A stretch of DNA of 61,898 nt, filler included, from Deltaproteobacteria bacterium (GTDB taxonomy: Bacteria; JACQOV01), in NCBI GenBank assembly GCA_016202395.1. It is 5 parts of 5 records of this genome, joined end to end, with 100 filler letters (N's around TTAATTAATTAA, not from the genome) between each part and the next. Parts side by side here need not be neighbours in the genome. Positions count along the whole stretch, not along the records: positions 31,360 to 52,884 come from JACQOV010000090.1; 4 more parts are not named here. One strand, 5' to 3'. Below the pieces are notes generated by a model that did no database searches, was not told the origin of the DNA, and saw only the letters and a list, made by a program, of their open reading frames with translations. Made by a program: the position numbers and the translations under genes. This document shows positions 38,103 to 47,419 of the stretch, one piece after another. How positions within the stretch are numbered: the stretch's first letter is position 1; each line of letters starts with the position of its first letter.

Positions 38103-38180
38103 CTGGATCCCCGCTTTCGCGGGGATGACGGTGGACGCAGGAATGACGATGAACGTGGGGATGACAATGAACGCGGAATG
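38103..38180. repeat. Inverted REP copy plus degenerate 18-bp tandem repeats
   Basis: CTGGATCCCCGCTTTCGCGGGGATGACG; units start at 38118, 38136, 38154, 38172. Confidence 0.8.
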
Positions 38181-38237
38181 GCAAAATTCACCCGCTCATT
38201 TTGGAGAAGAGACATCGAAATCTTTGTTTGAGAGGGG

Positions 38238-39107
38238 TTAAGCTGCTGAGTATTTCTTGAACCATTTGTCAGATTCCTCAACGATGGTGTTCCAAAAGGC
38301 GGGTTGGAGGGACCAGTGCCCCCAGCCTTGGAGCTCCACATAACGTTTGAGCCCGCCGAGCCGTTCATACGATTTTCGTGTCAGATGGGGCGGAAGGATT
38401 TTGTCTTTCTCTTGATTAAAGACGATGACGGGGACTGTATTCTTTTCGAGGGGGACCGCAGGGGGTGTGTGTGTTTGGCTGAAGAGATGACGCAGGCTCA
38501 CCTTTTTTGCAATCATCGGATCGTTTTTCCAAAGATCGACGAAAGTGAAGTCTCGAGGATCGAGGAGATCCTCAAACTTGAGAAATCGCTCTATAGAGAT
38601 ACGGAAATGCCCCAGGATCGGCTCTGTCCACTGGAGGAGCCGATAGAGGAGTTTGAGACGGACCGATCGATCGATGGCCTGCGTTGCCTCTGACAGATCC
38701 CAAAGGTTAATGCAGGCGATGGCTTGAACCTTCGCCCCAGCCGCGGCTGCGTAGTAGGTGAGGGCCCCTCCTAAACTCCCTCCCATCATAAATCGGGGGC
38801 CACTAAAATTTTGCCTGGTCCATTCTACGGTGTCGAGGATATTCTGAACCGCCTCTGAAACGGTGTAATCCCCACGCCGTCCTCCCGAGAATCCATTCCC
38901 TTTTTGGTCCGGCAGCACCACCGTGTAACCGAGTCGATAGAACCGCATCGCTGGGATCACAAAGAGCCGGCAATAACTCGCCATCCCATGGTTGTAGATT
39001 AAAACGGGGCTCGATTTTTCTTTTTGAGGGTAGACGTCCAAATGGATATCGACCCCCGCGGAGCGAATTGGAGTGGTGGTTCGAAGGCTGTCTTCGTATT
39101 TTTCCAT
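38238..39107 (-). CDS. Alpha/beta hydrolase (lysophospholipase-like)
   Basis: HG, D.KGNGFS.GRRG, GGSLGG nucleophile, C-terminal D and H. Confidence 0.88.
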   Translation of the reverse strand: MEKYEDSLRTTTPIRSAGVDIHLDVYPQKEKSSPVLIYNHGMASYCRLFVIPAMRFYRLGYTVVLPDQKGNGFSGGRRGDYTVSEAVQNILDTVEWTRQNFSGPRFMMGGSLGGALTYYAAAAGAKVQAIACINLWDLSEATQAIDRSVRLKLLYRLLQWTEPILGHFRISIERFLKFEDLLDPRDFTFVDLWKNDPMIAKKVSLRHLFSQTHTPPAVPLEKNTVPVIVFNQEKDKILPPHLTRKSYERLGGLKRYVELQGWGHWSLQPAFWNTIVEESDKWFKKYSAA

Positions 39108-39131
39108 CGTCTAATACAAACGTCATTATTA

Positions 39132-39274
39132 AAGTGACATCTCTACAAACGCAAGAAATGTCTGTTAGACAAGGCGCCCGACGAGGCCCGAGTGAGGCGT
39201 ACTTTGTAGGTACGCCGCAACGAGTGGCCGAGGAGGGCAACGCAGTATAACAGCATTTATTGCGTTTGTACTAG
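39132..39274. mobile_element. 143-bp intergenic copy of the 9829-9972 repeat
   Basis: Near-identical; its CTAG end provides the TAG stop of the upstream oxidoreductase gene. Confidence 0.9.
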
Positions 39275-40926
39275 ATGGTTTTTTCGGGATTGAGTAATCG
39301 ATCTGGATCAAGTTGAGACTTAATCTGTCGAAGGACCTGAATACCAAGCTCTGTTTTCTCCTGTTTCATCCAAGGGCGATGATCGTACCCCACGCCATGA
39401 TGATGACTCACCGTTCCGCCGTTCTCCATGATCGTGTCGGTCGCGAGTTTTTTGATCTCATCCCATTGCCGGAGCTCTTCATTTTTTCTTTGCACCGCGA
39501 TGAGCGTAAAATAGAGAGAGGCTCCATCGGCGTAAGCGTGCGAGAGATGGCAACCGACGGTCACTTTTTCTCCGGTCTTCTTTTCTCTCTCTTGAAAACC
39601 GGCTCCCATCCGCCCATGCAATCGCTCCAGCCCTGACCACAACGCGGCGGTCTCTAGGGTGTCGATAAAGAAGGAGTGATCCATAAAATCGTCGCGCAAA
39701 TAAGGGAGGGCAAAGCGATTTTGAAGCCATTTCATCCCAATCTTTTCACTGAGCCCCTTGGAAAGAACGGCCGCTCCATTTTTCTGAAGCGATTCTCGAA
39801 TGAGGGACTCCTGTCGAAGCGACTCCTCCCGGTTTCCCTCTGTGGTCAGGAGAAGAAGGGACGGGGCGCTCCCCGCTTTTTTCACCCGGAGCCAGAGAGA
39901 GAAGGCCGCCTCTTTCCAGCCTGACATCGGTTGCATCTTCCGGAAAAGGGCGGTTTCCGTGGGGTCAGAAAGGCGAAGGATGCTGGGGTGAAGTCCAGCC
40001 TGGATCATTTTTCGAACGGCATGGACTCCGACTCCGAAATCGTTGAAGAAGGCCCCCACGAATCGCTGAGTTTGTGGAAGAGGAGCGATCTTTACCGTGA
40101 TCTCCGTAAGGATGCCGTAGATCCCCTCGGATCCGACCCAGATCTCTTTCAAAGAAGGGCCTGCGGCCGAGGCTGGCACGGCCCGTGTTTCCATGGCGCC
40201 GCGAGGGGTTTGGGCCTTGAGCGAGACCACGAGTTTGTCGATTCGGCCGTATTTTGTGGAGTTTTGGCCTGCAGAGCGTGTGGCCACCCAACCTCCCAAG
40301 GTCGAAAATTCAAACGATTGAGGAAAATGGCCCAACGTGTACCCTCTTTCGTGGAGCGCGGCTTCCAGTTCGGGGCCAAGGATTCCGGGTTGAAATGTGG
40401 CTGTCCGAGAGATTTCGTCTAACGAGAGGAGCTTATTGAGTTTTCGTAAGCTAATGACAAGGATCGGTTTGTCAGAGGGTCCCACACATTCCGTCCCCCC
40501 CACCACCCCACTTCCTCCCCCAAAAGGGATCAAGGTAATCCCAAAGAGAGAAGCGTCTTCAAAGAGAAATTGGAGGTCCCGTTCGTCCTGGAGGAATAGA
40601 ACTCCATCGGGATAGCGATCGATTTTGCCCGCTCGAATCCGGACAAGATCCCGATAGCTTTTTCCAACAGTGTGGATAACACGCTGCGCTTTGTCCACGG
40701 AGAGCCCTTTATTGGACCAGCGATCGATAAAATCTCTTTGGAGCTTGGATTCTGGAACGGCGTGTTGCCCGATGTCGATGGCTGTGGTTTTTGTGGGGAG
40801 ATCCGAAAGGCGAAATTCTTGAACCAGGGCCTTTAGCGCATGCTCTGTTGTGGCTCGATCGTAAACGATATCTTCATAGCCCCAACCCCAATACCGCGCT
40901 TTTCGTGAGTTTCCAGTCGATGACAC
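39271..40926 (-). CDS. FAD-binding oxidoreductase, alkyldihydroxyacetonephosphate synthase-like
   Basis: WGWG, PFGGGS.VVGG, GHFPQSFEFSTLGGWVATRSAG, GSEG..G, SHHHGVG, LDP...LNP. Confidence 0.92.
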   Translation of the reverse strand: MSSTGNSRKARYWGWGYEDIVYDRATTEHALKALVQEFRLSDLPTKTTAIDIGQHAVPESKLQRDFIDRWSNKGLSVDKAQRVIHTVGKSYRDLVRIRAGKIDRYPDGVLFLQDERDLQFLFEDASLFGITLIPFGGGSGVVGGTECVGPSDKPILVISLRKLNKLLSLDEISRTATFQPGILGPELEAALHERGYTLGHFPQSFEFSTLGGWVATRSAGQNSTKYGRIDKLVVSLKAQTPRGAMETRAVPASAAGPSLKEIWVGSEGIYGILTEITVKIAPLPQTQRFVGAFFNDFGVGVHAVRKMIQAGLHPSILRLSDPTETALFRKMQPMSGWKEAAFSLWLRVKKAGSAPSLLLLTTEGNREESLRQESLIRESLQKNGAAVLSKGLSEKIGMKWLQNRFALPYLRDDFMDHSFFIDTLETAALWSGLERLHGRMGAGFQEREKKTGEKVTVGCHLSHAYADGASLYFTLIAVQRKNEELRQWDEIKKLATDTIMENGGTVSHHHGVGYDHRPWMKQEKTELGIQVLRQIKSQLDPDRLLNPEKTI

Positions 40927-40974
40927 AAGATCTTTTTATCGCATTGGATTACGTCGGTCAAGCGGCTCCGAGCG

Positions 40975-42279
40975 TTAAAAACCGATCGGAGGAATTTTGG
41001 GGGAAGACCAATGCAGGTTTTCCTCAGAAGACCGGTGAGAGAATTTTGTGGGAGATCCCTGGGGATGGCCCAACGATCCAAACCTCAATTCGCCGGTTTC
41101 AATGGGAATCGACGTCTTTAGGGAAATGGTAAACAGAAAAGCTCCCACGGCCCAAATGCCAGCGCACACCTGAATCTCAATCAGCGAGGGGGTGTATTCC
41201 ACAATATCTCCGAGGGGTGAAGGGATAAATCCAGGGATGATCAATCCCATCCCCTTTTCGATCCAAATACCAACAATAGCCAACACGCATGCCATGTTGA
41301 GATACCCCCTGTTCTCCCTCAGTTCTGGAATGGAGAAAATCAGGGTGGCGATCACATTAAATGCGACAGCGGTCCAAATGTAAGGCACGAGGAGATTGTG
41401 TCCATCAAGACCTAAAAATAAATATCTTGCCGAACTCGAGTGAGCGGAGTCCGTGTAGAATTCCTTGAATATTTCACAACCCAAAAGAAATAGGTTGATA
41501 ATAAGCGCCACCGTTGTAATCCTTTTTAGGATTACGTAAGCCTCGTCTTTAACAGGGAAAGAGGCGGTTTTTTGCATAATCTGGAGGGTGAGCAATATCA
41601 GAGAAGGGCCAACGGCGAAGGCAGAGGCCAAAAAACGAGGAGCCAGGATAGCTGTGTTCCAAAAGGGCCGGCCGCCAAGACCGCAGTATAAAAAAGCGGT
41701 AACGGTGTGGATGCTGATGGCCCAGAAGATCGAGATGTAGACGAATGGCTTGTAATAATTATCATCGGGAGGCTCCCCCATGTACTTTTTGTACAACAGA
41801 TAACTTGGGATGTGCAGGCTGAGCAACAAATAGACATTTAAAACAATGACATCCCAAGACAGAATGGAGAGTGGCCAATTCATCTTGCCGATAAAGGGGA
41901 TAATGTGCCACAGCCGATCAGGTCTCCCCATATCCACCATCACAAATAAAAGACACATAATGACGGCGGCAATAGCAAGAAACTCCCCAACGAAAACAAT
42001 CTCCTTTACCGCTTTTATTTTGTAAATGTAGGCAGGTATCACTAGCATGACCGCTGCGGCCGCCAGTCCCACAATATAGGTGAAGTTTGCGATGTAGGCT
42101 CCCCATGAAACCTGATCGGTCATGTTGGTGACAATCAACCCTTTTTCCATTTGCTGGAGATAGCCGTTAATCCCTATCAAGATCATTATGCCCAAAAAAG
42201 TCAGCCACAGGAAATAGATTCTTGGGCCGCTCGTCACTTGTTTAAAGAGATCTTTCCAAAGCTGGATGTAGTTTCCCAT
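40975..42279 (-). CDS. NrfD/PsrC/DsrP-family membrane subunit
   Basis: M.DQVSWG.YIANF, DMGRPDR.WH, SIHTVTAFL, IEKG.GL..PG; about 10 TM helices. Confidence 0.9.
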   Translation of the reverse strand: MGNYIQLWKDLFKQVTSGPRIYFLWLTFLGIMILIGINGYLQQMEKGLIVTNMTDQVSWGAYIANFTYIVGLAAAAVMLVIPAYIYKIKAVKEIVFVGEFLAIAAVIMCLLFVMVDMGRPDRLWHIIPFIGKMNWPLSILSWDVIVLNVYLLLSLHIPSYLLYKKYMGEPPDDNYYKPFVYISIFWAISIHTVTAFLYCGLGGRPFWNTAILAPRFLASAFAVGPSLILLTLQIMQKTASFPVKDEAYVILKRITTVALIINLFLLGCEIFKEFYTDSAHSSSARYLFLGLDGHNLLVPYIWTAVAFNVIATLIFSIPELRENRGYLNMACVLAIVGIWIEKGMGLIIPGFIPSPLGDIVEYTPSLIEIQVCAGIWAVGAFLFTISLKTSIPIETGELRFGSLGHPQGSPTKFSHRSSEENLHWSSPKIPPIGF

Positions 42280-42288
42280 AATTTTTCC

Positions 42289-43227
42289 TCAATCAAAAAA
42301 GTAATAGAATCTGGGTTGTGTTCCCAATTCTTCCTTAAGCACGTAAATCCTTTTATTTTGGATAATGCCATAGACGTCGCTGTTCTTGTCTAAAATATTT
42401 CCGAATTTTCGGGATCCCGTGGGACAGATTTCCACGCAAGCGGGAAGTTTGCCCACACGAGTCCGATGGAGACAGAAGGTGCATTTTTCCATCACCCCTT
42501 TGGATCGGATACGATTGGAAAGATAACCCTGGTCGGGGTTGATATCGTCCGGATCGATTTGGGGGGTGGCAAAATTGAAGCGCCTTGCTTCGTAGGGGCA
42601 AGCGGCCTCGCAATAACGACATCCAATGCACCAGTCTTGGTCGATCACCACGATGCCATCTTTTTGTTGCCAGGTGGCCCCCACCGGACAAACCTTGACA
42701 CAGGGGGGCTTGCGACATTGGTGACATTGCACAGGCATATAAAATTTGCCTTCCGCTGGCACCTCCTCATGATCATAATAGATATTTGCCTTTTCCAAAT
42801 CGAAGGACCCCTTTGGCAATTCCAATACCTTGATATATTGTATCTGTGGATCGCGGGATTGATTGTTTTCCTTCACGCAGGCATAAACACAGCGACGACA
42901 ACCAATGCACTTGGACAAGTTTAAGCAATAGACAAACTCAACCCCTTCCATCGGTTGAGGATCGGTAATCTTAACGTCCACGCCGTAACGCTCTTTTGTT
43001 TTTGCTTCAATGCTTGCAAAAATCTCTTTTTTTTCTGCCTTGGTGAGTTCCTTATAATGTTTTCTGAAAAATTCTTCCCAGGATAATGCTTGGGCCGCTT
43101 TGGCGGGAGAGAGCGCGGCGATCCCGACCACGGAGGCCAGACCTTTAAGAAAAGTGCGCTTGGACAAAAGGGTTCTCAACTTTTTTTCTGCAAGCTTTTC
43201 TAATCTTTTCAGGGCGTCTTTTTTCAT
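42289..43227 (-). CDS. 4Fe-4S dicluster protein (NrfC/DsrO-like) with Tat-like leader
   Basis: CIGCRRC...C, CHQC..PPC..VCP, CIGCRYC..ACP, KCTFC...PAC...CP; SKRTFLK. Confidence 0.92.
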   Translation of the reverse strand: MKKDALKRLEKLAEKKLRTLLSKRTFLKGLASVVGIAALSPAKAAQALSWEEFFRKHYKELTKAEKKEIFASIEAKTKERYGVDVKITDPQPMEGVEFVYCLNLSKCIGCRRCVYACVKENNQSRDPQIQYIKVLELPKGSFDLEKANIYYDHEEVPAEGKFYMPVQCHQCRKPPCVKVCPVGATWQQKDGIVVIDQDWCIGCRYCEAACPYEARRFNFATPQIDPDDINPDQGYLSNRIRSKGVMEKCTFCLHRTRVGKLPACVEICPTGSRKFGNILDKNSDVYGIIQNKRIYVLKEELGTQPRFYYFFD

Positions 43228-43231
43228 TTTC

Positions 43232-43840
43232 TTAATCCTGCTCCTTTTTGCTTTTTGGCAAATCTGGAGGCGGCTCGGGTTTTAAAGGCTTGAATTTGGG
43301 ATCATGAGCATTATGACAATAGGCGCATGAATAAACGTTTCGGACGCCGTTCCAGCTACCGATCGTTTTCCCATGGAAATTTCTTTTCCAATCCCGTAGT
43401 TGGGTGCCGTGGCATTCGCCGCATAAAAGAAACGATTCATTAAAACTTATTTTCCTGCCGGAGCTCAGTCTGAGTTTATTATAATTTTTTTCCATATGAC
43501 AGGCTAAACACCAGCGATTGGGATCATCCGTTTTTGGGGGATGTTTGCTGATAGTTTCGTGTTCTTCTGTGAGAATGCGCGGAGTACTGTTGTAATTCTT
43601 CGGTCCGACATGGCACTCGTCGCATCGATACATTTCAATTTCTGATGTTCTCTTGATGGGGATTTGATTGTCGTCCAGGAAAGGACGGTCGGTTCCGCTT
43701 TCTTGAGAATTCTCTTGTTCCGCAGATAGAATCGGTAAGGGGAGGGGTAGGAAAAAACCAAGAAATAGGATGCAGAAAAGCACTTTAGAAAACGGCATGT
43801 TAGAGGCGTAATGGGTCGATTTTAAAGGAGCTTTTTGCAT
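43232..43840 (-). CDS. Tetraheme c-type cytochrome
   Basis: CDECH, CLACH, CGECH, CAYCH; hydrophobic leader. Confidence 0.9.
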   Translation of the reverse strand: MQKAPLKSTHYASNMPFSKVLFCILFLGFFLPLPLPILSAEQENSQESGTDRPFLDDNQIPIKRTSEIEMYRCDECHVGPKNYNSTPRILTEEHETISKHPPKTDDPNRWCLACHMEKNYNKLRLSSGRKISFNESFLLCGECHGTQLRDWKRNFHGKTIGSWNGVRNVYSCAYCHNAHDPKFKPLKPEPPPDLPKSKKEQD

Positions 43841-43883
43841 AACCTTCTCTCTTAAAGGCTATACTAAACTGCATGAAGGAAGT

Positions 43884-43919
43884 ATGACGTCGGTCATCTT
43901 GCAAACTGATCTAGATCAT
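43884..43919. promoter_or_regulatory. Two Crp/Fnr-type palindromic boxes
   Basis: TGAC-GTCG-GTCA (43885-96) and TGAT-CTAG-ATCA (43907-18), 22 bp apart, upstream of the cytochrome operon. Confidence 0.55.
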
Positions 43920-43925
43920 AGCTGT

Positions 43926-44011
43926 AGAGGATGGGGTCAGTTTTAAGTTTTTAAGTAACGCTGACCCCATCCTCTTAATCGTTACTTAAAAACTTAAAAC
44001 TGACCCCATCC
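43926..44011. repeat. Perfect 32-bp inverted repeat with an internal alternative arm
   Basis: GGATGGGGTCAGTTTTAAGTTTTTAAGTAACG (43929-60) / exact complement (43980-44011); CTGACCCCATCCTCT (43961-75). Confidence 0.9.
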
Positions 44012-44019
44012 GGCGAAGA

Positions 44020-44334
44020 TTAACCGACGCCGAGTTGGAGTTTAGCGGCCTCGCTCATCATTCCCATATTCCATGGAGGATCCCAAACCACTTCGACTTT
44101 AGCAGAGGTGACCCCTTCCACGGTGGCAATTTTATTTTCCACTTCGGGTGGAAGGGACTGGGCGACGGGACAAGCGGGGGAGGTGAGCGTCATCCGGATG
44201 AGAGCCTCCCCTGATTCATTCACGTGAATCTCATAGATCAATCCCAATTCATGGATGTTGACGGGGATCTCCGGGTCGTAGCAGGTTTGTAGAGTTTCGA
44301 TGATGGCTTGTTTTGTTTTTTCGATGTCAGTCAT
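44020..44334 (-). CDS. sufT: Fe-S assembly DUF59 protein
   Basis: L...YDPEIPVNI.ELGLIY, MTLTSPACPVA, VVWDPPW...MMSEAAKL.LG. Confidence 0.88.
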   Translation of the reverse strand: MTDIEKTKQAIIETLQTCYDPEIPVNIHELGLIYEIHVNESGEALIRMTLTSPACPVAQSLPPEVENKIATVEGVTSAKVEVVWDPPWNMGMMSEAAKLQLGVG

Positions 44335-44349
44335 AGAATTCTCACCTCT

Positions 44350-44424
44350 CCGTTCATGGTGAGCGTGTCGAACCATGAACGGGCAATTTAACCGTTCGTC
44401 CTTCGACAAGCTCAGGATGAACGG
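44350..44424. repeat. REP doublet (CTTCGACAAGCTCAG family)
   Basis: CCGTTCATGGTGAGCGTGTCGAACCATGAACGG and CCGTTCGTCCTTCGACAAGCTCAGGATGAACGG. Confidence 0.85.
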
Positions 44425-44427
44425 TCT

Positions 44428-44889
44428 TTACTCCTCCGGTTTCTCGGTGGAAACGGTCTCTTTTTTCCCTTCGAGCGCCGCATTCAGAGTGTGCCAAGCC
44501 AGCGTGGCGCATTTCACACGCATCGGAAATTCTCGAACCCCTGCAAACACAATCAATTTTCCCATGTCGGAAGGGGGTGGAATGTTCAGATCGCAGGTGA
44601 CCATCTCCTGAAATTTTTTGGAGAGGCTCTGAGTTTGCTTTATGGTTTTTCCATTAATAATTGTTGTCATGAGGGAACCGGAGGCCTTCGAGATGGCGCA
44701 TCCGGATCCTTCGAACCCAATCTCTTGGATCGTCTCGCCGTGGACTCTGAGATAAACTGTAATCTTATCGCCACAAAGAGGGTTATAGCCCTCCGCCGTT
44801 TGGTTGGCGCCAGCGGGTCTGTGGAAGTTCTGGGGATTCCGATTGTGGTCGAGAATCACCTGCTGGTAGAGTTCAGAGAGTTCCGACAT
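44428..44889 (-). CDS. sufU: SUF system NifU-family protein
   Basis: LYQQVILDH..NP.N, NPLCGD, GCAISKAS, FPMRVKCATLAWH. Confidence 0.95.
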   Translation of the reverse strand: MSELSELYQQVILDHNRNPQNFHRPAGANQTAEGYNPLCGDKITVYLRVHGETIQEIGFEGSGCAISKASGSLMTTIINGKTIKQTQSLSKKFQEMVTCDLNIPPPSDMGKLIVFAGVREFPMRVKCATLAWHTLNAALEGKKETVSTEKPEE

Positions 44890-46121
44890 TATCCAAAAAC
44901 CTCCCATACTTTTTTGAGTGCCTTCACCAAAGCCTCGATCTCTTCAAAAGTGTTGTAGACGCCAAAGGAGGCTCGGGCGGTGGCGGGGACTCCAAAATGT
45001 TGCATCACCGGCATCGCGCAGTGATGGCCGGTCCGAATCGCAACCCCTTCTTGGTCCACAATCGTCCCGATATCGTGAGGATGGATTCCTTCCATCACAA
45101 AATTGAGGACCGCCGCTTTTTCTCGGGCCGTGCCGATCAGTCGCAGCCTAGGGACTTGCGAGAGCGACTTTGTGGCCTCTTTCAGGAGCGCTTCCTCGTG
45201 TTGGCCCATGTTTTCAATTCCGATCGATTGAATAAAATCGATGGCCGCTCCAAGGCCGATCACTCCTGCAATATCCGGTGTCCCCGCCTCAAATTTGTAA
45301 GGGATGACGTTGTAGAGAGTCTTTTCAAAGGTCACCGCGCTAATCATGTCGCCGCCGCCTTGATAAGGAGGCATCTCTTCCAGGAGTTTTGCTTTGCCGT
45401 AGAGAACTCCTATCCCGGTGGGGCCGTACATTTTGTGTCCAGAAAACGCATAAAATTCGCAATCGAGATCTTGAACATCGATCTTGAGATGCGCAACGGC
45501 TTGAGCGCCGTCGACAAGCACTGGGATGCCATGGCGGTGAGCTCTCTCGATGATCTTTTTGATAGGGTTGATGGTCCCGAGGGCGTTTGAAACATGGGCG
45601 ATGGCAACCAGCTTTGTCTTTTTGGAAAGGAGTTTTTTGAACTCGTCGAGGATCAACTCGCCGGCATCATTCATCGGAATGACACGGAGCCTCGCCCCTT
45701 TTTCTTGGCAGAGGATTTGCCAAGGGACGATGTTGGAGTGGTGCTCCATTTCAGAGAGGACGATTTCATCGTCTTTCTTTACTTGAACTCGCCCAAAGGT
45801 TTGAGCCACCAGATTGATCGCCTCTGTCGTGCCACGGACAAAGAGGATTTCACGAACCTCTCGAGCGTTGATAAAATGTTTCACCTGGGTCCGCGTCTCT
45901 TCAAACTCCGCAGTGGCAAGCTCGCTCAAATAATGGACACCTCGATGGATATTGGCGTTTTCTGTTCTGTAATACCGCTCCAACGCATCGATCACCCCTT
46001 GGGGCTTCTGAGTGGTTGCCGCATTGTCTAGATAAACTAAAGTTTTTCCATGGACTTTCTGCTTTAAGATCGGGAAATCCTCTCGCACCCGGTCGACATC
46101 GAACGGAATTGCCGGTCTCAT
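44889..46121 (-). CDS. sufS: Cysteine desulfurase
   Basis: YLDNAATTQKP, EHHSNIVPW, FSGHKMYGPTG, RTGHHCA; start at ATGA overlap with sufD. Confidence 0.97.
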   Translation of the reverse strand: MRPAIPFDVDRVREDFPILKQKVHGKTLVYLDNAATTQKPQGVIDALERYYRTENANIHRGVHYLSELATAEFEETRTQVKHFINAREVREILFVRGTTEAINLVAQTFGRVQVKKDDEIVLSEMEHHSNIVPWQILCQEKGARLRVIPMNDAGELILDEFKKLLSKKTKLVAIAHVSNALGTINPIKKIIERAHRHGIPVLVDGAQAVAHLKIDVQDLDCEFYAFSGHKMYGPTGIGVLYGKAKLLEEMPPYQGGGDMISAVTFEKTLYNVIPYKFEAGTPDIAGVIGLGAAIDFIQSIGIENMGQHEEALLKEATKSLSQVPRLRLIGTAREKAAVLNFVMEGIHPHDIGTIVDQEGVAIRTGHHCAMPVMQHFGVPATARASFGVYNTFEEIEALVKALKKVWEVFG

Positions 46122-47419
46122 CGAAGCTCCTCCTCGGCGTGGCCGAGTCGTTGCAACAGGAGTATCTCGAGATAGGTTTCTAGCGGGCCATAAGCCAATC
46201 GTTGAATCATGTCGCTTGCGAAAGCGTACGTCAACAGGGTGCGCGCCTCGGCCTCTCCCATTCCACGAGATCGGAGATAAAAGAGTTGATTCTCGTCCAA
46301 ACGACCGATCGTGGCGCCATGATTGCATCTCACATCGTCCGCATGAATTTCAAGCAAAGGTTTGGTGTTCATCTTGGCATCGTCTGAGAGAAGAAGATTC
46401 TTATTCGTTTGCTGAGCCCGAATCTTTTGGGCATTAGGGCGGACGACGATTCTTCCATTGAACACCCCGTTCGATTTGCCGTCTAAGATCCCCTTGTAAA
46501 GTTCATCGCTCGTCGAATGCGGCTTGGCGTGATCGATGAGGGTTTGGTTGTCGACATGTTGGTTATCGCTCGCCATGGTGAGGCCATTCAATGTGACCTC
46601 GCTCCCTTCGGCATCCAGAAGAGCGCGAACATCATTCCGTGTGATTTTCCCTCCGAGTGAGATGACATGGGAACTCGCGCGGCTATCTCGGTTCTGATGA
46701 ATGAAAAGGGTGGAGAGGTGAAAAGCCTCTGCGCTCTCTTCTTGGATCTTGCACGAATGAATCCTTGCGTTTTCTCCAAGAACGATTTCTGTCACCGCGT
46801 TGGTCCAATAGGAACCATCCCCAATGTAGGTTTCCACGATGCGCGCTTCCGAACCCTCCTCAGCGATAACGAGCGTTCGGGGATGGGAGACCGCCGCCGC
46901 GCCATTGGACTGAGAGAAATAGACGAGATGGATCGGATGTTCGAGCGTTATCCCTTTGGGGAGGTAGAGGAAGGCCCCCTCTTGGAAGAAGGCGGTGTTG
47001 ATGGCAATGAAAGGGTTGTTTTGATCTTTCGCATATCGCGAAAGATAGGGTTCGACCCGTTTAGGATTGTTTTGTAAAATCGTTGCCAGATTGTCAACGA
47101 TCACTCCCTGGGGAAGAGGCTCTGTCGAAGAAAGTTTTGGGCAATGGTATCCATTCACAAAAACGCGCCGAATGGCATGAATGCCTGAAAAGGTGAGGTG
47201 CTTTCTTTTTTCAAAAGGGACTAAAAGTTCTTTTCTTTCGGCTAATCGAAAAGGGGCGCCCACGATCGGCTCAACGTCGGTGTACTTCCATTCTTCTTGC
47301 TCGGAGGTGGGGTAGGGGAGTTGAGCGAGACTCTGGAAGGCCTCTTTCCGGATCCGATCGATCCAAGAATTGCCAGTTACTTTGAAATCTCTCTCTAATT
47401 GTTGGGTCAGTGGTTCCAT
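46118..47419 (-). CDS. sufD: Fe-S cluster assembly protein
   Basis: EEWKYT, FNG.I.V...AQK, P.LEI.ADDV.C.HGAT.G.LD..QLFYL.SRG. Confidence 0.95.
   Translation of the reverse strand: MEPLTQQLERDFKVTGNSWIDRIRKEAFQSLAQLPYPTSEQEEWKYTDVEPIVGAPFRLAERKELLVPFEKRKHLTFSGIHAIRRVFVNGYHCPKLSSTEPLPQGVIVDNLATILQNNPKRVEPYLSRYAKDQNNPFIAINTAFFQEGAFLYLPKGITLEHPIHLVYFSQSNGAAAVSHPRTLVIAEEGSEARIVETYIGDGSYWTNAVTEIVLGENARIHSCKIQEESAEAFHLSTLFIHQNRDSRASSHVISLGGKITRNDVRALLDAEGSEVTLNGLTMASDNQHVDNQTLIDHAKPHSTSDELYKGILDGKSNGVFNGRIVVRPNAQKIRAQQTNKNLLLSDDAKMNTKPLLEIHADDVRCNHGATIGRLDENQLFYLRSRGMGEAEARTLLTYAFASDMIQRLAYGPLETYLEILLLQRLGHAEEELR

Noticed and set aside
38118-38180. Short tandem units as a mini-CRISPR
   Set aside because: 18-bp period with no spacers; derived from the adjacent REP arm.
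46122-46328. Long N-terminal extensions given by the ORF track for sufS, trmB, thiC, crcB, sufT, MNT and envC
   Set aside because: They overlap upstream genes or repeats; downstream starts fit family N-termini, RBS position or stop-start overlaps better.
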